The translations under genes were made by a program, and so were the position numbers. This document shows, one piece after another, positions 9,608-17,601 of a stretch of 32,000 bases of DNA; within the stretch, counting starts at the first letter, position 1, and each line of letters begins with the position of its first letter. This DNA is from Methanosphaera stadtmanae DSM 3091 (GTDB lineage Archaea; Methanobacteriota; Methanobacteria; Methanobacteriales; Methanobacteriaceae). The stretch spans positions 630,001 through 662,000 of the forward strand of contig NC_007681.1 of the NCBI RefSeq assembly GCF_000012545.1. Direction: 5' to 3'. The notes beneath the pieces were generated by a model. The model saw only the letters and a program-made list of their open reading frames with translations. It was not told the origin of the DNA and did no database searches.

Positions 9608-10822
9608 ATGGCTTTAGATAGGATTCTAAAAAGCCTATTTTCACAACTTCTACATAAAAAAGTTGTTAGTATTGGAACAAAGTACTATGCAACTAATGAC
9701 TTAGAAACAGAGTATGTTTCTTTAATAAACCTCACAAAAACAATGCTTGTAGAAATTAAACCTGCACAAATAAATGCTAAATCAATATTTCAAAATCTAG
9801 AAAGAGAAATAGACCAAAGAGATCTACCACTTAATAGGAAATTTATTGAAATTAAACCTGCTGAAAATGAAGTAAATGAATATGCACTTCTAAGTAATAT
9901 TATCATGGGAAATGATAGATATCTTTATATTGAATTGTTTAGACCATCTCCTCTTATAGAAACATTTGCAAAAATGGTGGAAGTAGTTGATGGAAAGATC
10001 ATTGAAAGAAGTAAAACAGAAATGGTTGCTCTTATGCCATCAAAAAAGGAAGGAATAAGATTAGCTATTAAAATGATATCTCTTGGAATGAAACAAGGGG
10101 TAAATGTACGTGGTTCAATAGGAATGACTGGAGCAGCATCTATCGAAAGGGCAATAGATATGAATGCTGCAATAGGAGAAGTTTCTGGAGTTGGATTTAC
10201 AAAACTTGGTGGAGAATATGGAGTAATATTTGAAACTGTTCCAACTACTAAAAAAGTTGAATTGAAACCAGTACCAGCAGATAATTTCATGTACATTGAT
10301 GCAAAAGATTCTACAGGATTTATTTCAAGATATGGAAAAGATAAACTTATAGAAATAATGAATGATATCAACTCATATATTGAAAATGAAAGTGATGGAA
10401 AAATAGAAGGATACCGTGTTGGTGGGGATGATTTAATAATTAATTATCCTGATAAATCAACAGCACTGAAAATAGGACTTGACTGTGCATGGTATGCTAT
10501 GAATAATGGATTAAATCTAAGGGTAGGATTAGGAAATAGTAGACGTGAAGCTGCAGAAAATGCACATATCACTGATTCAATAAAAATAAGAGAAAATACT
10601 CCAGTTATAGTGTTTGACTTAGCAAATGGTAAATATGCATACTATATTCCAACAGAATTCACAAGATCTGCAATAACTTTCCTATCAAATCAAACTCTAA
10701 CCTTAATTGGTATATTTATATTCATATTTATAGTAACTTTAATAGGATGGAATTTAAATATCATATGGCTAGGAATAGTAGCTATGATAGTTTCATTAAT
10801 TATGGTGGCAATTAAAGACTAA
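9608..10822 (+). CDS. Membrane-anchored protein with tandem GGDEF/Cas10-like palm domains (degenerate copy plus a copy retaining D-x-x-D and GGDD)
   Basis: aa 227-320, FMYIDAKDSTGFISRYGKDKLIEIMNDINSYIEN..GYRVGGDDLIINYPDKSTALKIGLDCAWYAM..LNLRVGLGNSRREAAENA, follows the GGDEF-domain order element by element: beta1 Asp, helix, GGDD hairpin, helix, hxhShG strand, helix. aa 104-190 repeat the same pattern without the acidic residues. Two C-terminal TM helices lie at aa ~361-402. Its ATG directly abuts the TAG of the NYN gene. Confidence 0.55.
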   Translation: MALDRILKSLFSQLLHKKVVSIGTKYYATNDLETEYVSLINLTKTMLVEIKPAQINAKSIFQNLEREIDQRDLPLNRKFIEIKPAENEVNEYALLSNIIMGNDRYLYIELFRPSPLIETFAKMVEVVDGKIIERSKTEMVALMPSKKEGIRLAIKMISLGMKQGVNVRGSIGMTGAASIERAIDMNAAIGEVSGVGFTKLGGEYGVIFETVPTTKKVELKPVPADNFMYIDAKDSTGFISRYGKDKLIEIMNDINSYIENESDGKIEGYRVGGDDLIINYPDKSTALKIGLDCAWYAMNNGLNLRVGLGNSRREAAENAHITDSIKIRENTPVIVFDLANGKYAYYIPTEFTRSAITFLSNQTLTLIGIFIFIFIVTLIGWNLNIIWLGIVAMIVSLIMVAIKD

Positions 10823-10838
10823 TGGGGAGGTAATAATT

Positions 10839-11258
10839 ATGAATCCAAGTACTAATTCAAAGTTATTTCTTGTATTGGTAGTGGGTGTTGTGGCAATGTT
10901 ATGTGGATCTGTAGGGGCATCATTTATTCGTTTTGATGCACCAAACTTATCTATTGGAGAGTTATTTCAAGGTAATGAGGACAATCCTCTAAATGACTTA
11001 AATAATTCAACACTAAATCAGTCAAATCAAAGTCAATCATCTAATTCATATTCAAAGTATACATCATCACCATCACAACAAAGTACTTCTAAACAAGCAT
11101 CTGTAAAACAACAGAATAAACCGAAAACAACATCATCCAATAATAATCAGAATACTAAACCATCTAAACCGAGTGGTGGTTCTCAAGGTAGTAACACAAA
11201 CCCTAATGGTCAAGATAACCCTTCTGTACATGAGAATGATAATGACTTAATAGCATAA
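10839..11258 (+). CDS. Small N-terminally anchored protein with S/N/Q/K-rich low-complexity ectodomain (paralogue 1)
   Basis: 139 aa. Hydrophobic N-terminus LFLVLVVGVVAMLCGSVGA, then a low-complexity region. GGGGAGG RBS. Its C-terminal third is almost identical to the next gene. Confidence 0.6.
   Translation: MNPSTNSKLFLVLVVGVVAMLCGSVGASFIRFDAPNLSIGELFQGNEDNPLNDLNNSTLNQSNQSQSSNSYSKYTSSPSQQSTSKQASVKQQNKPKTTSSNNNQNTKPSKPSGGSQGSNTNPNGQDNPSVHENDNDLIA
11078..11182 (+). repeat. Direct repeat copy 1 (105 nt, 1 mismatch to 11488-11592)
   Basis: Base-by-base comparison: 11078-11170 is identical to 11488-11580, there is a single mismatch at 11171/11581, then 11 more identical nt. Confidence 0.95.
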
Positions 11259-11275
11259 TATTTTGGAGAAGTAAT

Positions 11276-11659
11276 ATGAGGGAAAATAATTTAATAGTGT
11301 TAATAGTAGCAGTAATACTTGTAGGTGCTATTGTAGTGGGAGTATTTACTGGATCATCTCCATCAAATGATAATAACACAACCATAACTGATACAGTTAA
11401 TATGACAAATAACACTACAAACATGACAAATGAAACAAATGCAACATCAACTACAGATGATACTATTCAATCATCAAATTCAAAGTCACAAAGTACTTCT
11501 AAACAAGCATCTGTAAAACAACAGAATAAACCGAAAACAACATCATCCAATAATAATCAGAATACTAAACCATCTAAACCTAGTGGTGGTTCCACAGACA
11601 GTAATACTAATCAACATAACCCTTCTGTACATGAGAAAGATAATGACTTAACAGCATAA
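11276..11659 (+). CDS. Small N-terminally anchored protein with N/T/S-rich low-complexity ectodomain (paralogue 2)
   Basis: 127 aa. N-terminal helix LIVLIVAVILVGAIVVGVF, NxT/S-rich segment, then the shared tail STSKQASVKQQNKPKTTSSNNNQNTKPSKPSGGS...NPSVHE.DNDL.A. Confidence 0.6.
   Translation: MRENNLIVLIVAVILVGAIVVGVFTGSSPSNDNNTTITDTVNMTNNTTNMTNETNATSTTDDTIQSSNSKSQSTSKQASVKQQNKPKTTSSNNNQNTKPSKPSGGSTDSNTNQHNPSVHEKDNDLTA
11488..11592 (+). repeat. Direct repeat copy 2 (105 nt, 1 mismatch to 11078-11182)
   Basis: Same comparison as copy 1. A second, shorter conserved block follows (11215-11258 vs 11616-11659) after a 9-nt length difference. Confidence 0.95.
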
Positions 11660-11763
11660 ATATAATCTAAAGAATAAGAAAAATCGGAAAAATTAATTTA
11701 TAACCACCCAATTTTAAACTTATTTTTTTATTAAATAATTTTTTTTAAGGGAGAAGAGAACTT

Positions 11764-12960
11764 ATGAAAATTTTAGAAAATGGAATATGTTCCATTAGTA
11801 GTATAAAAGCTAGTGGATATAGAGAGGGCAAATATGGTGTAACAGTTTTGTACCATGAAAATTCAACAGCAGCTGCAGTATATACAACAAATAAGGTATA
11901 TGCAGCTCCTATTGATATTACAAGAAAACATTTGGAAAATGGTAAGATTTCAGCAGTTATTGTAAATAGTGGTAATGCAAATTGTTATACTAAAGAAGAT
12001 GGAATAAAAAAAGGATTGGAATTAGCAAGTCTTGTTGCTGATACATTAAATATTCCTGTTGAAGATGTTGCAGTAGCATCAACTGGTGTTATTGGTAGAC
12101 AAATGCCAATGGATATTATTAAGCCTGTTGCAATTGAATCTCTAAAAAGATTGGATAATAGTAGAGAATGTGCAAATGATGCATGTAATGCTATATTAAC
12201 TACTGATACTACTCCAAAGGAATGTGCTATTGAATCAACATTAGATGATGGAACAAAATTTAAGGTTGCAGGTATTTGTAAAGGTTCAGGAATGATAGCA
12301 CCTAATATGGGTACTATGCTAGGATTTATTACAACAGACTTAGATGTTTCAAGGGATATTCTTCAAGAAGCTCTACTCAGTAGTGTTAAAAGATCATTTA
12401 ACATGGTTGTAGTTGATGGTGATGAAAGTACTAACGACACAGTACTTGTTATGAGTACCAATGAAGTTAAAGGAGAGTATGATAATAACTTCCAAGAAGC
12501 ACTTGATTATGTATGTATGAGTCTTGCTAAACAAATTGCAAAGGATGGAGAAGGAGCTTCTAAATTTATGGAAGTAGTATGTAATGGTGCAAAAAGTGAA
12601 GAAGATGCAATATGTGTTTCTAAAAGTGTTGTATCATCTAGTTTAGTTAAAACAGCACTTGCAGGGGCTGATCCTAATTGGGGTCGTATAATTTGTGCTA
12701 TGGGTTATTCTGGTGTGGAATTTGATCCTGATTGTGTTTCTATTAGTATTGGCTCAGGTAGTGAGAATGTTGTTATTGTTGATAAGGGTAATATAACAAC
12801 ATATGCTAATCCTGAAATACTTGAGGCTGCAGAAGTTATAATGAATAAAAAAGAGGTTGTTATTAAATTGGATTTACATGATGGATGTTATAGTGCAACT
12901 GCATATGGTTGTGATTTAACATATGATTATGTAAAGATTAATGCTGAATACACCACATAA
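11764..12960 (+). CDS. argJ: Bifunctional ornithine acetyltransferase / N-acetylglutamate synthase
   Basis: 398 aa. Self-cleavage region APNMGTMLGFITTDL, plus VVDGDESTNDTVL, ADPNWGRI and the C-terminal DLTYDYVKINAEYTT are hallmarks of ArgJ. Confidence 0.92.
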   Translation: MKILENGICSISSIKASGYREGKYGVTVLYHENSTAAAVYTTNKVYAAPIDITRKHLENGKISAVIVNSGNANCYTKEDGIKKGLELASLVADTLNIPVEDVAVASTGVIGRQMPMDIIKPVAIESLKRLDNSRECANDACNAILTTDTTPKECAIESTLDDGTKFKVAGICKGSGMIAPNMGTMLGFITTDLDVSRDILQEALLSSVKRSFNMVVVDGDESTNDTVLVMSTNEVKGEYDNNFQEALDYVCMSLAKQIAKDGEGASKFMEVVCNGAKSEEDAICVSKSVVSSSLVKTALAGADPNWGRIICAMGYSGVEFDPDCVSISIGSGSENVVIVDKGNITTYANPEILEAAEVIMNKKEVVIKLDLHDGCYSATAYGCDLTYDYVKINAEYTT

Positions 12961-12982
12961 ATAGTTAAATGGAGTTTAAATA

Positions 12983-13879
12983 ATGGTTGATCAAGAACAA
13001 TTCGATATTAGTAATGTTTTAATTGAAGCATTACCCTACATAAAAAAGTTTCATAATAAAAAAATCATGATTAAGTATGGTGGTCATGCAATGATTGATG
13101 AGAATGCTATGAGTTCCACAGCACGAGATACTGTACTTCTTAAATATGTTGGTATGCAACCTATTGTTGTTCATGGTGGAGGTCCAGAAATTTCCAGATC
13201 CATGGATAAAATGGGTAAAGAACCTAAATTTATTGGTGGTTTAAGAGTTACAGATAAAGAAACTATGGAGATTGTTAAAATGGTTTTGGTGGGTAAAATC
13301 AACACTGAAATTGTTTCTAAACTTGGATTCCATGGTGGAAAGAGTGTTGGTATTTCTGGTAAAGATAGTTATCTTGTTGAAGCATCAAGAAAAGGACTTA
13401 CTAAGGTTAAACATGAGAATGGTGAAGTTTTAGAAGTTGATTTAGGTTATGTTGGTAAGATTGACAGGGTAAATAAACAACTTGTTGATGATTTAACTAA
13501 CAACAATTATATACCTGTTATTTCACCTTTAGGAATTGATGATGATGGAAATACTCTTAATTTGAATGCTGATACTGTTGCAGGTTCTATTGCATCTGAG
13601 GTTAATGCTGAAAAGCTTATTGTACTTACTGATGTTCCTGGTATTTTAACAGATCCTGATGATCCTGAGAGTATGATTAGACGTATTCGTACTGATGAAT
13701 TGAAGGAACTTATTAAGGATGGTATTATTACTGGAGGTATGATTCCTAAGGTAGAAACTTGTATTAATGCTGTTGAAAATGGTGTTAAAACTGCTCATAT
13801 TCTTGATGGTAGACTTAATCATTCTATTTTATTAGAAATCTTCACAAAACATGGAATAGGTACAATGGTACGTGAATAA
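12983..13879 (+). CDS. argB: Acetylglutamate kinase
   Basis: [40 protein letters not shown] and [10 protein letters not shown] are amino acid kinase family/ArgB motifs. Confidence 0.92.
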   Translation: MVDQEQFDISNVLIEALPYIKKFHNKKIMIKYGGHAMIDENAMSSTARDTVLLKYVGMQPIVVHGGGPEISRSMDKMGKEPKFIGGLRVTDKETMEIVKMVLVGKINTEIVSKLGFHGGKSVGISGKDSYLVEASRKGLTKVKHENGEVLEVDLGYVGKIDRVNKQLVDDLTNNNYIPVISPLGIDDDGNTLNLNADTVAGSIASEVNAEKLIVLTDVPGILTDPDDPESMIRRIRTDELKELIKDGIITGGMIPKVETCINAVENGVKTAHILDGRLNHSILLEIFTKHGIGTMVRE

Positions 13880-13919
13880 TAATGTATCTCTTTTTTTAAT
13901 TATTTTTTCAAGTGTTTAT

Positions 13920-14801
13920 ATGAAATCAGTTAAATTATCAAATAGTGAAATTAAATCTTTTATGGAAAAAACCAGTACATTTCATCATTTAAATCCAAAA
14001 CAATATGAGAGTATTCGTATTAAAGATGGTGATGTTTTTTTTGTTTTATATAATTCTGGTAAACTTGTTTATAATGATACAAGGGGATGTTTATCTATTT
14101 TAGATGATATTTTAGAAAAGAGGGATTATTTTAAAGAGAATTCATTTGGAAAAAATGAAAATTCTATTTATAATAATACTATTTCTATGAAGAAGTATCA
14201 GTATATTATAGGTTCTGATGAAACTGGTAAAGGTGAATGGTATGGACCATTAGTTGTGTGTGCTGTATGTACATCAAATGATGATATTTTAAAATTAAAA
14301 AGTATTGGTGTTAAGGATAGTAAGAAATTATCAACAAAGGAAATATTTTCATTATATGAAAAAATAGAAAAACTAAATATAACATATGAAGTAATAGTTC
14401 TAAAACCATTTAGCTACAATAAACTATACACTAAATTCACAAATGAAAACAAAAACCTCAATCATCTACTAGCACATCTTCATTATAAGGTAATAAATCA
14501 ATTACTTACAAAAATTAACACAACTGATGTACTTGTAATTATTGATAAATTTGATTATAAGAAGATGAATCAGTATCTTGACATAAATCCAAAAATAGAT
14601 GTAATACAAGAGACTAATGGAGAAAAATATATTCCAGTAGCAACAAGTAGTATTATTGCCAAGTATTATTATGAAAAAACATTAAAAGAAATAGAAGAAA
14701 GATATAATATTAATAGAAAGATAAAACCCAAAAACATAGAAAAAGATATAATAGATAAAGTTGCAAAAACACACTTTAAAAATATTAAACCATACACATA
14801 A
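13920..14801 (+). CDS. rnhC: Ribonuclease HIII-like protein (RNase HII/HIII fold with N-terminal RNase HIII-type domain)
   Basis: IGSDETGKGEWYGPLVVCAVC (the GKG..YGPL variant typical of RNase HIII rather than the GRGPLAGP of HII), GVKDSKKLS and SSIIAKYYYEK. The N-terminal ~90 aa contain YNSGKLVYNDT, like the HIII TBP-like domain (YxSGKvlfQG). I prefer the ATG at 13920 over the GTG at 13872, which overlaps argB. Confidence 0.7.
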   Translation: MKSVKLSNSEIKSFMEKTSTFHHLNPKQYESIRIKDGDVFFVLYNSGKLVYNDTRGCLSILDDILEKRDYFKENSFGKNENSIYNNTISMKKYQYIIGSDETGKGEWYGPLVVCAVCTSNDDILKLKSIGVKDSKKLSTKEIFSLYEKIEKLNITYEVIVLKPFSYNKLYTKFTNENKNLNHLLAHLHYKVINQLLTKINTTDVLVIIDKFDYKKMNQYLDINPKIDVIQETNGEKYIPVATSSIIAKYYYEKTLKEIEERYNINRKIKPKNIEKDIIDKVAKTHFKNIKPYT

Positions 14802-14828
14802 AGAAAATGGTTTTTAGGAGTATAAAAT

Positions 14829-15857
14829 ATGAGTAAAATAGATGTTGCAATAATAGGTGCAAGTGGATATACTGGGGGAGAATTAGTTAGATTATTAACA
14901 AGACATCCAAGGGTAAATATTTCCACAGTAACAAGTAGAAAAAATAATGGTGAAGACCTATCATCTCTTCATCCAAATCTGCAGGATTTAGATTTAAAAT
15001 TCACAAATCCTGATACTAAAGATATAGATGCAGATGTAGTATTTAGTGCACTACCACATGGTGTATCAATGAAATTAGTACCAGAATACTTGGATAATGG
15101 GGCTCGTGTCATTGATTTAAGTGGAGACTTTAGATTTAGTGATGTTTCTGTATATGAAAAATGGTATGGAATGAAACATGAACATCCAGATTTAAAAGCA
15201 GTATTTGGACTTCCAGAAATTAACAGAGATAAAATAAAAGATGCAACTTTAATAGCAAACCCTGGATGTTTCCCAACAGGAGCAATACTATCGAGTCTTC
15301 CAATAGTAGAAAATAAATTAGTAGATAGAATAATATTAGATAGTAAAAGTGGAGTAAGTGGTGCTGGAATATCACCAAATAACAACACACACTATCCTAC
15401 ATGTGCTGATAACATAAAACCATATGCAATAGCAAATCATAGGCACACACCAGAGATACGAGAACAATTAAGAAACTTTGGGACAGGCACTGTTAAAGTA
15501 TCATTTACACCACATCTTGTACCAGTAATTCGTGGAATAATAACAACAAATCATAGTTTCCTACTTAAAAATGATGTTTCAGCTAGTGATGTTCATGATT
15601 TATACATGGATTATTATAAGAATGAACCATTTGTAAAAGTATTAAAAGATAACAACATACCTTTACTTGCTAGTGTAAGAGGATCTAATTACTGTCAAAT
15701 AGGTGGTATTTCATTAGATGATGAAGATGAGCTTGTTGTTGTCTCAGCAATAGATAACCTAGTAAAAGGAGCTTCAGGTCAAGCTATTCAAAACATGAAT
15801 ATCATGTTTGGATTTGATGAAACTGAAGGACTTAAAGAATTAGGATTATATCCATAG
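14829..15857 (+). CDS. argC: N-acetyl-gamma-glutamyl-phosphate reductase
   Basis: [18 protein letters not shown], the catalytic Cys context [10 protein letters not shown], and [24 protein letters not shown]. Confidence 0.92.
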   Translation: MSKIDVAIIGASGYTGGELVRLLTRHPRVNISTVTSRKNNGEDLSSLHPNLQDLDLKFTNPDTKDIDADVVFSALPHGVSMKLVPEYLDNGARVIDLSGDFRFSDVSVYEKWYGMKHEHPDLKAVFGLPEINRDKIKDATLIANPGCFPTGAILSSLPIVENKLVDRIILDSKSGVSGAGISPNNNTHYPTCADNIKPYAIANHRHTPEIREQLRNFGTGTVKVSFTPHLVPVIRGIITTNHSFLLKNDVSASDVHDLYMDYYKNEPFVKVLKDNNIPLLASVRGSNYCQIGGISLDDEDELVVVSAIDNLVKGASGQAIQNMNIMFGFDETEGLKELGLYP

Positions 15858-15865
15858 GTGAATAT

Positions 15866-16327
15866 ATGTCAGATTTAGTAGTGTATTATACAAGAACAAA
15901 TACAACTAAAAATGTTGCTAGTATCATTAAAGATGAGTTAGATGCTGATGTATTGGAAGTTATTGATAAGAAAAATAGACAAGGACCAATAGGTTATCTT
16001 CGTGGAGGGCTTGATGCAATAAGATCTAAAAAAACATCAATAGAATATGAAGATGTTAACTTTGAAAAATATGATAACATATACATTGGTACACCTGTTT
16101 GGGCATCAAAACCTACACCAGCTATTATGGAGTTCATATCTCAAAATAACTTCACTAATAAAAATATCATACTCTTTGCTACAATGATGAGTAGTGGTGG
16201 TGAAGAAACAGTAGATATTATGAAGAAGTTAATTGAAGATAAGGATGGTATTGTAGTTAATTCTTTTGTTATTGCAACTAAAACAGATGATATTACTGAT
16301 GTAACATTAAAAGCTATTAGAAATTAA
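15866..16327 (+). CDS. Flavodoxin-like protein (Flavodoxin_4-type), paralogue 1
   Basis: VVYYTRTNTTKNVA phosphate-binding loop, IYIGTPVWASKPTPAI and NIILFATM. It starts 8 nt after argC, with an AGGTGA RBS. Confidence 0.75.
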   Translation: MSDLVVYYTRTNTTKNVASIIKDELDADVLEVIDKKNRQGPIGYLRGGLDAIRSKKTSIEYEDVNFEKYDNIYIGTPVWASKPTPAIMEFISQNNFTNKNIILFATMMSSGGEETVDIMKKLIEDKDGIVVNSFVIATKTDDITDVTLKAIRN

Positions 16328-16647
16328 AAAGAATTTTTCTTTTTTTCTATTTTTCTTGAAAAATAAGGGTGTATGACAATTATTTTTGTTCTATTAATTG
16401 TATAAATTTTTATTAGATATATTATACAAAACAACACCAACTATTTTATAATTATAAACATAGTAACAACATAATCTTGTTTAAAAACATTAAAACAGAA
16501 TTGTTATGTGTTCTCAAATTTATTTTTCATGTTTTTAAAAGTTATATGTCTAAAAGAGTATTATTTATACAAGTTTAGGTATAACTAATAATTGTAGTAT
16601 TAAAAATAAATTTCTAAAAAAAATATAATTTAAAGGAGGCATGCTTT

Positions 16648-17118
16648 TTGAAGAGTATAATCATTTACTATTCAAGAACAGGAAGAACTAAACTTATTGC
16701 ACAGACACTTGCAAAGGAAAAAAATATGAATATAGTGGAAATTAAAGATAAAACTAATAGATCTGGTGCAATAGGTTTTATAAAAGGAACTTTAGATTCT
16801 ATGATAAATAATAGTACTACAATAGAACCTGTAACAATTGATTTAGATAAATATGATACAGTATATATTGGTACACCTGTTTGGGCATCAAAAATAACTC
16901 CTGCAATAAAGCAAATACTGGATAATATTAACCTAGAAAATAAAAATGTAATAACATTTGTAACATTAAATAAAAATGGTGCAAAAGAGGCATTGAATTC
17001 TCTAAATTCCACAATAAAAGATAAAGGTGGAAAAATAATAAATTCCTTTTCTATAATAACAAAAGGGAGGGATATTGAATCCTTAACTAAAGATATAGTA
17101 AAAAACTTGGGGAAATAA
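16648..17118 (+). CDS. Flavodoxin-like protein, paralogue 2
   Basis: IIYYSRTGRTKLIA and VYIGTPVWASKITPAI. TTG start 9 nt after AAAGGAGG. Confidence 0.75.
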   Translation: MKSIIIYYSRTGRTKLIAQTLAKEKNMNIVEIKDKTNRSGAIGFIKGTLDSMINNSTTIEPVTIDLDKYDTVYIGTPVWASKITPAIKQILDNINLENKNVITFVTLNKNGAKEALNSLNSTIKDKGGKIINSFSIITKGRDIESLTKDIVKNLGK

Positions 17119-17119
17119 A

Positions 17120-17587
17120 ATGAGAAGTATTGTAATATTCTATTCAAAATCTGGAAATACTTTAACAGTTGCAAATACTATAAAGAAATTATTAGGTGCA
17201 CATACAAAAGAAATAACTGATTTTACAGTTCATAGAACTATCCTGGATTATTTGTTTCCAAATATCTTAGATTCATCTAGAATACAACCAAGAAAGGTGG
17301 ATATTGATTATTATGAAACAATCTTCATTGGTACACCAGTATGGCTAGGAAGTATAACACCTGCTATAAAGAAAATTATAGATAATATGGATTTCAAAAA
17401 TAAGAATATAATATTATTCACCACAACAAAAGGAATTGGTGATGAAATTGCCATGAGAAAATTAACTAAATTAGTTAATAAACATAATGGTAATATTATA
17501 GGAAGATTTTCTATTATATCAAATGGTGGTACAGAGAAATTAATTAACTGTACTAACATGGCATTAGAAGATTTAAATTTAATATAG
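17120..17587 (+). CDS. Flavodoxin-like protein, paralogue 3
   Basis: VIFYSKSGNTLTVA and IFIGTPVWLGSITPAI. The ATG is 1 nt after the preceding stop. Confidence 0.7.
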   Translation: MRSIVIFYSKSGNTLTVANTIKKLLGAHTKEITDFTVHRTILDYLFPNILDSSRIQPRKVDIDYYETIFIGTPVWLGSITPAIKKIIDNMDFKNKNIILFTTTKGIGDEIAMRKLTKLVNKHNGNIIGRFSIISNGGTEKLINCTNMALEDLNLI

Positions 17588-17601
17588 TTCAAGGGATTAT
17601 C

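Noticed and set aside
9925-10371. Long antisense or off-frame shadow ORFs. Antisense: 2953-3159, 6294-6491, 6546-6794, 7870-8148, 8145-8376, 9925-10371, 11203-11424, 14669-14926, 14969-15388, 16668-17174, 17311-17592, 19257-19439, 21269-21820, 22556-22777, 23169-23372, 25064-25351, 26510-26919, 27421-27663, 28179-28457, 30861-31160. Same-strand off-frame: 3147-3341, 4789-5004, 5056-5250.
   Set aside because: Each is fully nested in a CDS with clear family motifs or paralogue support. Their translations are low-complexity or hydrophobic noise (I/F/L/S-rich) and lack RBS-like sequences. I therefore treat them as non-coding.
10980-11240. S/N/Q-rich coding stretches in the small anchored proteins as possible tandem micro-repeats or a repeat array
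   Set aside because: They are compositionally biased but show no regular unit length. The only true repeat is the 105-nt block shared between the two genes, which is reported separately.
13872-13919. GTG at 13872 as the start of the RNase HIII-like gene (8-nt overlap with argB)
   Set aside because: The 16 extra residues ([16 protein letters not shown]) are hydrophobic and not part of the RNase HIII N-terminal domain. The ATG at 13920 gives a family-typical N-terminus. The longer form cannot be fully excluded.
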